Source of the DNA: Candidatus Eiseniibacteriota bacterium
GTDB taxonomy: Bacteria; Joyebacterota; Joyebacteria; Joyebacterales; Joyebacteraceae
Direction: 5' to 3'
NCBI GenBank assembly: GCA_043819135.1
Contig: JBDRFG010000116.1
Location: 1 to 21,928, forward strand
Length of the DNA stretch: 21,928 nucleotides
The notes below the pieces were generated by a model. It worked only from the letters and a program-made list of their open reading frames with translations. It ran no database searches and had not been told where the DNA came from. Made by a program: the position numbers and the translations under genes. Below, piece after piece: positions 16,043 to 21,928 of the stretch (position 1 is its first letter; each line of letters starts with the position of its first letter).

Positions 16043-16254
16043 TGCTCGGTGAACTTGCTCTCCAGAGTCTTTCGGGACGGGACGACTTCGACACCTGGAA
16101 GCGGAAGGTGTCCGCCCTCGTCTCCAAGAAGTACGGGGTCGAGGCCGACGATCTCCCCGACATCGACTACTACTCGCACTATGAAGATGGCATGTCCCCT
16201 GCTCAGGTTGTGACGGGGCCTCTCCGTCGGATGCTGCGTGAGGAAGGGTACTAG
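16042..16254 (+). CDS. Small acidic phage protein (70 aa) with MLGELAL tag
   Basis: AAGGA RBS and TGATG coupling; FDTW...DLPDIDY...EDGMSP. Confidence 0.75.
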   Translation: MLGELALQSLSGRDDFDTWKRKVSALVSKKYGVEADDLPDIDYYSHYEDGMSPAQVVTGPLRRMLREEGY

Positions 16255-16257
16255 GCC

Positions 16258-17337
16258 ATGTTCTCCGAGCGTGCCATGAGCAGCTTCGGCCGCGGGCTGC
16301 ACGGCGACCTCGACCCCGAGTACGTTCGCGCCTGCGTCGAGTGGACAGAGAAGATCCGCCGCTTCCCCCCGAAGTACGCGAAGAAGAAGAAGTGCTACAC
16401 GCGCTTCGACCGCGCCGACGAGGAAGCCCGCAAGCAGTCCGAGGCGAATCGAGAGACGACGGCGACCGTGACCGTCAACGGCAGGACGAAGACCGAGTGC
16501 AAGCGGGGCTCGTGCCACCGGCTCGGCGGGCTCGATGGCGTCCCCGTGTACCGCAACCCATGGGCGATCGGGCTCGCGGTCGTCGGGGCGGTCGCGTACG
16601 CCAACAGCCGACGGAGCAAGGGCAAGGGGCTGCTGGACCTCGGGGTGTTCAAGGCTGGCGTCGAGCCGGTCATCCGAGAGATCGCCGCTGCCGTGCGTCG
16701 GGTCGCGGTCGAGTTCGGGTTCCCGCCGGTCCCGACAGATGCCTACGTCACGGCGCACCTGATCCTGTCGAGCGGGTGGTTCGACTCGACGCTGGACAAG
16801 CCGCCCCACTACAACTTCTCCGGGGTGAAGGCGGGGAGTTCCTGGACTGGCCCCGTCGTCTTGCTGCCGACGGTCGAGTACTACACCGATGCCGAGATCG
16901 CCCGGGCGAAGGCGAAGCCGAGCGGGACGCGGGGCTCGTTCAAAGAGATGGCACCGAAGGCAGGTTCGACGGTGTCAGGGAAGAAGCGGGTCCAGATCTA
17001 CGACGACTTCAGGTCGTTCGGATCCCCGGACGCTGCGCTGCGCGACTATTTCACCCGACTGACGTCACAGTCGAAGTACAGCGAGAGCGGCGAGAAGCTC
17101 CGGACGGCGGCGCACGACTACATGGCCCAACTCGGCAAGGACGGCTGGTACACGGCTGACACCGACGTCACTCAGCGGGCATGGCGCTCGATCGTGGACG
17201 GCAGCCGCCTCCGCGGCATCCTCGGGCCTGAAGATGAACGTGGGAAGTCCACACCGGATCCTGTCAAGGCAGGCGTCGGGGTCGGAGTCGTCGGGACGGT
17301 CGCGGCGATCGTGCTCGCGCTCGCGCTCGGAGATTGA
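16258..17337 (+). CDS. GH73 glucosaminidase/FlgJ-like domain protein with two TM segments; catalytic Glu apparently substituted
   Basis: AHLILSSGW, YNFSGVKAGSSWTG, TVEY, FRSFGSPDAALRDY and GWYTAD. Confidence 0.85.
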   Translation: MFSERAMSSFGRGLHGDLDPEYVRACVEWTEKIRRFPPKYAKKKKCYTRFDRADEEARKQSEANRETTATVTVNGRTKTECKRGSCHRLGGLDGVPVYRNPWAIGLAVVGAVAYANSRRSKGKGLLDLGVFKAGVEPVIREIAAAVRRVAVEFGFPPVPTDAYVTAHLILSSGWFDSTLDKPPHYNFSGVKAGSSWTGPVVLLPTVEYYTDAEIARAKAKPSGTRGSFKEMAPKAGSTVSGKKRVQIYDDFRSFGSPDAALRDYFTRLTSQSKYSESGEKLRTAAHDYMAQLGKDGWYTADTDVTQRAWRSIVDGSRLRGILGPEDERGKSTPDPVKAGVGVGVVGTVAAIVLALALGD

Positions 17338-17342
17338 TCCTG

Positions 17343-18128
17343 ATGCTCGCCGAGGCAGCCCTCCAGTCCATCTCCAGACGCGGCACCGTGGTAGTCGGAG
17401 CGAGACTGCTGCACGGGTCTGCGGGGACCGAAAAGCGGCCGTGGTACAGGAACCCATGGGCCTGGGCGGGAGCGGCGCTCGTCGCCCTCGGGGCCGTCGG
17501 GGGCGGCACCGTTGCCGTCGTGGGCTTTCCCAAGGTCTTCAGCCTCGTGACCGGGGCCTACCGCTCGGCCGAGCAGTGGGCGACCGACCGTGGCCAGCAG
17601 ATCCGATCCGCATTTCATGTGAAACCCGATTCGCTGAAGCCTGCAGGAAGCATCAGGTCCTCGACGATGTCGCTCGACGAGTGGAACCGGAAGAAGCTGG
17701 AGATCCTGGCCCCGCAGTACCGCGGGCGGTTCGAGAGCTTCTTCCGTGCGGCGCAGGCCGCCGCACGCAGCCACGGGTCCGCTCTGCTGATCTGGGATTC
17801 GACCAGGACGCTCGAGCGGCAGCTTGACCTCTACCGAAGGGGGCGCGTCGACGACCAGACGAAGGTCACGGATACGATGGCTTCGCTGCACCAGTTTGGG
17901 ATGGCGATTGACGTGCTGATCGCTGGCCCGAACAACGCGCCGTCGTGGTCGTCCCCCGGGTGGTACACCACCGAGGTCCTTCCGCTGGCCGCACAGCACG
18001 GACTCGAGTCGCTGTACCTGGCGCGCGGGAAGGACAAGCCGCACATCCAGGTCCCCGAGGCCGAGTGGCCGGCCGTCGTCGCGTCGGCACGGGAACAGAT
18101 CAAGGACGACTTCCCAGGAGTCGCGTGA
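17343..18128 (+). CDS. M15-family peptidoglycan endopeptidase (L-Ala-D-Glu type) with N-terminal TM
   Basis: RTLERQLDLYRRGR, SLHQFGMAIDV (SxHxxGxAxD) and DKPHIQ. Confidence 0.88.
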   Translation: MLAEAALQSISRRGTVVVGARLLHGSAGTEKRPWYRNPWAWAGAALVALGAVGGGTVAVVGFPKVFSLVTGAYRSAEQWATDRGQQIRSAFHVKPDSLKPAGSIRSSTMSLDEWNRKKLEILAPQYRGRFESFFRAAQAAARSHGSALLIWDSTRTLERQLDLYRRGRVDDQTKVTDTMASLHQFGMAIDVLIAGPNNAPSWSSPGWYTTEVLPLAAQHGLESLYLARGKDKPHIQVPEAEWPAVVASAREQIKDDFPGVA

Positions 18129-18145
18129 ACCCACAGAAGGACACC

Positions 18146-18787
18146 ATGTCAACGAAGACTCCATGGATCATTGCCGCCGCCGCCGTTGTCACGGGTCTCC
18201 TCCTGAATTCCAGCGCGTCAGCGAGCACCAAGTCGCCCCCGAAGAAGCCCGCGCCAAAGAAGCCGCCCCCCGCCCCCGCCGCGCCATCCTTGGCTCCGTT
18301 CACGCCCACCAGCGCAAGCTATAGCTTCGCGTGCCAAGCCGCGCGCATCGCCTTCGAGTCGATCCGTGCAGCAACTCAGGCAGCCAACCCCAGGAAGCTG
18401 CGCCCGCTGTCCTCGTCGACCATCGACAAGCTGCGCCCGCTGTTCCCCAAGCTCGACCTGGGCCGCGTCCGGGTTGCCGAGAACGCCACAATCCCGGCGC
18501 GGGAGATCTCCAAGCTCAACATCCCTGGAGCTGCCAGCGACATCGACGCCATGACCTTCGGGTACGACATCTACATGAAGGGAAAGGCGAGCACAAAGCT
18601 ACTCGTCCACGAGTGCGTTCATGTTGATCAGGTCCGTCGCTACGGTGGGCGCGACAAGTTTGCCTGCGCCTACGGGAACGGGGTGGTCCGCGGAGGTATG
18701 ACCTACCGTGGCAACCCGCTGGAGGTCGAAGCGTACGGGTTCGCGGACAAGGCGATGACCTACCTCTGCGGCAAGGGGCTCGTATAA
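18146..18787 (+). CDS. HExxH metallopeptidase-like protein (DUF4157-like) with N-terminal TM and Pro/Lys linker
   Basis: AAGGA RBS; LDLGRVRV, AMTFGYDIY, LLVHECVHVDQ and NPLEVEAY. Confidence 0.82.
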   Translation: MSTKTPWIIAAAAVVTGLLLNSSASASTKSPPKKPAPKKPPPAPAAPSLAPFTPTSASYSFACQAARIAFESIRAATQAANPRKLRPLSSSTIDKLRPLFPKLDLGRVRVAENATIPAREISKLNIPGAASDIDAMTFGYDIYMKGKASTKLLVHECVHVDQVRRYGGRDKFACAYGNGVVRGGMTYRGNPLEVEAYGFADKAMTYLCGKGLV

Positions 18788-18796
18788 CCGAGCGGA

Positions 18797-18824
18797 CGAT
18801 GTGATAAGGTCGGTTAGCACCACG
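18797..18824 (+). repeat. dif/Xer-like 28-bp site 1
   Basis: CGATGTGATAA-GGTCGG-TTAGCACCACG. Confidence 0.6.
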
Positions 18825-18848
18825 GGGATAACCACGAAAGGAACGACG

Positions 18849-19433
18849 ATGGGACTCGCGGAACGCGCTCTCGGACTTCCGACGTACACCGGACAGGTCG
18901 AGGCCACGCTCGGGTTTGAGAAGCGCGATCCAGCCGGACGGTGGGCCAGGGCGCTGGGCGGGACCACGCCCTCGCACTTCGGAAGCTTGTGGATCACGAC
19001 CATCGTCACCAGCCAACTTGACGTCCACGCCGGTGGTGGAATTCTTCTGGAACACCGAGGCGTCAACGTCCCGATCTACTGCTTTAACGACTCGTTTCGC
19101 TGTTCCGGCAAGAAGCTGGCGGTGGTGTTCGACTGCGAGCAGCCCGGCAACATGGACGACGAGGAGTTCCAGGAGATGGCCGATCGCGCGAAGAGCGCCG
19201 GGTTCGACGCGCGGAAGGTGACGGTCACCCGAGGTGGACGCCTACCAGGCGGCGCTCGGGCCACGGGCGACGAGGTGGTGATCAGGGCTCTGCTGCCCAG
19301 CCCGCTCAGGGCGACCGACATCGACCCTCCGATCCACAAGGCGAGCACCGGAGCGGGAGCGTCGATCGGGGACAGGAACGACGACTCCGACGACGGACCG
19401 ATCTGGATGGACGTGCGCTGCCATGTCGTGTGA
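18849..19433 (+). CDS. Hypothetical cassette protein with LAERALG tag
   Basis: AAAGGA RBS; lies between sites 1 and 2. Confidence 0.75.
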   Translation: MGLAERALGLPTYTGQVEATLGFEKRDPAGRWARALGGTTPSHFGSLWITTIVTSQLDVHAGGGILLEHRGVNVPIYCFNDSFRCSGKKLAVVFDCEQPGNMDDEEFQEMADRAKSAGFDARKVTVTRGGRLPGGARATGDEVVIRALLPSPLRATDIDPPIHKASTGAGASIGDRNDDSDDGPIWMDVRCHVV

Positions 19434-19440
19434 CCGTCGA

Positions 19441-19468
19441 GAGGTCGATAACCCTGATTAGGACCATG
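19441..19468 (+). repeat. dif/Xer-like 28-bp site 2
   Basis: GAGGTCGATAA-CCCTGA-TTAGGACCATG. Confidence 0.65.
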
Positions 19469-19503
19469 GTCGAAATGGCATTAGAACCACGAGGAGGAAC
19501 CCC

Positions 19504-19929
19504 ATGTGGTGGATAATCGGAATCGTAGTCGCGGGCGGTGCGTGGGCGCTGACGCGGAAGACGGACGAGGACGACGAAGCGCCGAAGCGCATCGCCCCCA
19601 AGGGCAAGCGTCCGAAGTACGAGCCCCCCCCCGATCCGAGTCGACGCCCGGAGATGATGGTTCACATCCAGGACGCGCTTCGTCTCGAGGCCGGAACGAA
19701 GGTCTATGTCGGCGGTCGGTATGCCGCAAGGGGCGATGGGGAAGCAGGACGGACGTGGCGAATCGTCCAGGGCAAGTCTGCCATGTGGGTGGACGGAAGA
19801 CTCCCGGCTGGAACCCGAGACGGGGCGACCATTCGTGTCACCGGGACGATCAAGGTCAGGAACCCGGGGACGCGCTCGGAGACACGGTACATCCTGGCAT
19901 CGGAGGTCGCGCGGAGCGTCGGGAAGTAG
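19504..19929 (+). CDS. Membrane-anchored protein with OB-fold-like beta domain (paralog A)
   Basis: GAGGAGG RBS, N-terminal TM, GTKVYVGGRY...IRVTGTIK. Confidence 0.8.
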   Translation: MWWIIGIVVAGGAWALTRKTDEDDEAPKRIAPKGKRPKYEPPPDPSRRPEMMVHIQDALRLEAGTKVYVGGRYAARGDGEAGRTWRIVQGKSAMWVDGRLPAGTRDGATIRVTGTIKVRNPGTRSETRYILASEVARSVGK

Positions 19930-19933
19930 CCGG

Positions 19934-19961
19934 CCGTGCGATAACGTGGATTAGGACCACC
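19934..19961 (+). repeat. dif/Xer-like 28-bp site 3
   Basis: CCGTGCGATAA-CGTGGA-TTAGGACCACC. Confidence 0.65.
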
Positions 19962-19985
19962 GGATAACCACGAAAGGAACACAGC

Positions 19986-20426
19986 GTGAAGTGGATAATC
20001 GGACTTGTGGTCGCGGCGGCCGGCGCGTGGGCGCTGAAGTCGCGCAGCGACCGCGCGGAGGCATCCCCGAAGCGCCCGACCGGCCCCAATGGAAAGAAGC
20101 CGAAACAGGCTCCTTCCATCAGCGTCCACGCCGCGCGGCAGCTTCCTCACGGGACGAAGGTCACCGTCTTCGGACAGTACGCGGCCGAGGGAGGGCAGTG
20201 TCGGGGGGGGAAACCGACGCCCGAGGCATGGATGCTCGTCGGGCCTGCCCCCTCCTTGGGAGGAGCCCTCCCCGTCTGCATCTGGGTCGTCGGGATCTCC
20301 TCTGACAAGTTCCGCCACGGTGTCGGCATCAGGATCGTCGGGACGATCAAGTCCGTCAACGTCGGCACTCGCTCGGAACTGAAGGTCCTCCACGCCGTCG
20401 GATTCGAGCTCTTCAGGTCGAAGTAG
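19986..20426 (+). CDS. Membrane-anchored protein with OB-fold-like beta domain (paralog B)
   Basis: AAAGGA RBS and GTG start; aligns by eye with 19504..19929 (WIIG, AWAL, GTKV, YAA.G, GTIK, GTRSE). Confidence 0.8.
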   Translation: MKWIIGLVVAAAGAWALKSRSDRAEASPKRPTGPNGKKPKQAPSISVHAARQLPHGTKVTVFGQYAAEGGQCRGGKPTPEAWMLVGPAPSLGGALPVCIWVVGISSDKFRHGVGIRIVGTIKSVNVGTRSELKVLHAVGFELFRSK

Positions 20427-20430
20427 CCGA

Positions 20431-20458
20431 CGGTGCGCTAATGTCCATTAGGACCACT
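20431..20458 (+). repeat. dif/Xer-like 28-bp site 4
   Basis: CGGTGCGCTAA-TGTCCA-TTAGGACCACT. Confidence 0.65.
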
Positions 20459-21055
20459 TCGCTCGCCGAGGCTGCCCTTGGGGCGCGTGGAACGATGCGT
20501 GCCGAGGAGAGACGCTTCCTGCAGCAGGCTCAAAATGAACGCACCCCAACCGAGGCGATGGACGGTCAGGGAATCGTCGAAGCCGATGAGGATGAGTGGC
20601 TTATGGTCGGAGAGCGAATTCCGCGCGTCTTGTTCGGCGCACTGCCGAACAGCCTCCGAACCCACCACCTGGCGCTGCTCGGTCTGACGCCCTTCCCGCA
20701 CCCGCATGTATTCGGACTCCACGTCACTAGCGATCCGGAATACTGGATATACAGGTTGAGCGAGGACTACGACTACACCCTCGACGATGCGAGGGTCATC
20801 GAGATCGAGGTGTTGCCCGGCGACCGCCTGGCCTACGACGTGCAGTACATGACCGACCCTGACTCCGGCGAAAAGGCCAGCAGCAGCGTCCTCCTAACCA
20901 CGCGGCGAGTTCTGAGGCTAGGGACGGACTTCTTCGTGAGCGACGATGAGGCGATGTACGTCAGGATGGCCCGGGAGCGCGCGCAGGAGCCCTCCGAGGA
21001 GGACTCGCCGTACGCCATCAGCCAACCTCCCAGTTGCTCACGCCGTCACAGGTGA
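20441..21055 (+). CDS. Hypothetical acidic protein with LAEAALG tag; start uncertain
   Basis: 204-aa ORF with protein-like composition; first ATG lies inside site 4; 38-bp convergent overlap with the next gene. Confidence 0.65.
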   Translation: MSIRTTSLAEAALGARGTMRAEERRFLQQAQNERTPTEAMDGQGIVEADEDEWLMVGERIPRVLFGALPNSLRTHHLALLGLTPFPHPHVFGLHVTSDPEYWIYRLSEDYDYTLDDARVIEIEVLPGDRLAYDVQYMTDPDSGEKASSSVLLTTRRVLRLGTDFFVSDDEAMYVRMARERAQEPSEEDSPYAISQPPSCSRRHR

Positions 21056-21620
21056 GCTTGACCATGGCCGCGTTGGTCGAGATCACGAGGTTTGGCGCTC
21101 CATCGATGGTATCCCCGCCGTCGGGCGTGATCGTGATGTTGTTTACGGCAGAGTTTAGACCGGAGTCCTTGACCCAAAAGACCTTCCCCACTCCGGTCGC
21201 CGCGGCCGACGGAAGCGTGAGCCCGCTCGCGCCTGCCGCGGTCCTGGACACCGAGAGGTGAACGTCCGAGGCTGGGACCACGTAGACGGCATCGGAGACA
21301 TCCACCCAGGAGACCCGGCCCCCGACGCCACCGCCCCCGGCCAGGTTTTGCATGAACGGCAGCCCGGCCCCCGACGCCACCGCCCTTCCCATTGAGTGAA
21401 AACGGATGCACAGGAAGATCGCCGTGTCCGTGGCACCTCCCGTGTTTTGGACCGTGATATTCGTGGCGTCTGCGGTCGTGACCTCAAGGGTTGTTGGTGA
21501 CAGAGGGAGCACGAGATCCGGGGTGACCCCCTGGCCGCTCGATCCCTTGAGCCCATGGGCGTGGGTGGTCGTCGAGGTTGCAGCGACGGTTGCCGAAACG
21601 GTGCTGATGAGGACGGCCAC
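21018..21620 (-). CDS. Putative spike/fibre (receptor-binding-type) virion protein
   Basis: C-terminal LTLPSAA..G..FWVKD....NNITI....DTIDG....LTCDGVSNW module typical of phage fibre proteins; poly-Gly linker. Confidence 0.75.
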   Translation of the reverse strand: MAVLISTVSATVAATSTTTHAHGLKGSSGQGVTPDLVLPLSPTTLEVTTADATNITVQNTGGATDTAIFLCIRFHSMGRAVASGAGLPFMQNLAGGGGVGGRVSWVDVSDAVYVVPASDVHLSVSRTAAGASGLTLPSAAATGVGKVFWVKDSGLNSAVNNITITPDGGDTIDGAPNLVISTNAAMVKLTCDGVSNWEVG

Positions 21621-21677
21621 GGGCGCATACTACCCCGACCGTGGACGCGGCGCGAGTGGTCGGATAGGATGACACCC
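21621..21677. promoter_or_regulatory. Divergent leaderless-type promoters
   Basis: Minus: TAGTAT(21632-21627)-6 nt-GTG 21620. Plus: TAGGAT(21665-21670)-7 nt-ATG 21678. Confidence 0.6.
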
Positions 21678-21698
21678 ATGCTCGCTGAACTCGCACTC
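21665..21698 (+). repeat. Promoter + N-terminal tag module, copy 2
   Basis: TAGGATGACACCCATGCTCGCTGAACTCGCACTC. Confidence 0.85.
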
Positions 21699-21928
21699 AG
21701 ATCGCTCGCCGCCGAGTGGAACGCCAACGTCCCGAAGAAGTGGCGCGCGAAGTTCTGGGGCCTGCCCGACAGCGCGGTGTGGCTCGGCATCGGCAAGGAC
21801 GGGAAAGCCTACGCCCGCGTCGGGAAGGACATCGTCCGCGCTCCTCACGGGTCCGCGTGGCGCTGGGAAGGATTCGATCGCGAGAGCACCTGGACCGAGT
21901 TGGAGCGCCAGGGCGTGCTCCCGCTGGA
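21678..21928 (+). CDS. Hypothetical protein with MLAELAL tag, truncated by the window edge
   Basis: Open to the end: MLAELALRSLAAEWNANVPKKWRAKFWGLPDSAVWLGIGKDG... Confidence 0.7.
   Translation, partial: MLAELALRSLAAEWNANVPKKWRAKFWGLPDSAVWLGIGKDGKAYARVGKDIVRAPHGSAWRWEGFDRESTWTELERQGVLPL

Noticed and set aside
18782..18820. Integron attC site (TAACCGA...TCGGTTA inverted repeat)
   Set aside because: Too short, no L boxes or long hairpin, and the other three junctions lack the AAC/GTT pairing; the 11-6-11 model fits all four.
18797..20458. CRISPR array
   Set aside because: Repeats are degenerate and separated by whole genes of about 0.5 kb, not 30-40 bp spacers; no cas genes.
1..21928. tRNA/rRNA genes, IS elements, integrase, packaging ATPase, intrinsic terminators
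   Set aside because: None recognisable. Intergenic gaps are short, and I saw no Walker A motif, transposase or recombinase motif, or hairpin + U-tract in the window.

Overview
High-GC, densely coding 21.9-kb segment that reads as part of a bacterial virus or provirus genome, most likely a tailless, internal-membrane icosahedral type. No HK97 capsid, portal, terminase, tail or housekeeping genes are recognisable. Left (1-5.2 kb): small genes (a ribbon-helix-helix regulator missed by the ORF track, Zn-finger proteins, a GT-A glycosyltransferase, holin-like proteins, a lipoprotein, a SAM methyltransferase). Centre (5.2-12 kb, minus strand): a putative virion operon driven by a consensus sigma70 promoter, with two adjacent beta-rich putative single jelly-roll capsid proteins, membrane proteins with Lys/Glu stalks and a lytic transglycosylase. 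Right (12-21.9 kb, mostly plus strand): membrane-anchored PG-binding, GH73, M15 and HExxH proteins, a Dam-class methylase, small accessory genes and a spike/fibre-like gene. Two features stand out. (1) Four directly repeated 28-bp dif/Xer-like sites (TAA-N6-TTAG[GC]ACCA) bracket single-gene cassettes at 18.8-20.5 kb. (2) A short N-terminal peptide, L[AG]ExAL, is shared by at least six unrelated proteins and in two cases is carried on a near-identical 34-bp promoter+tag DNA module; it is a candidate capsid-targeting tag. All functional calls come from motif recognition by eye; no database searches were run.
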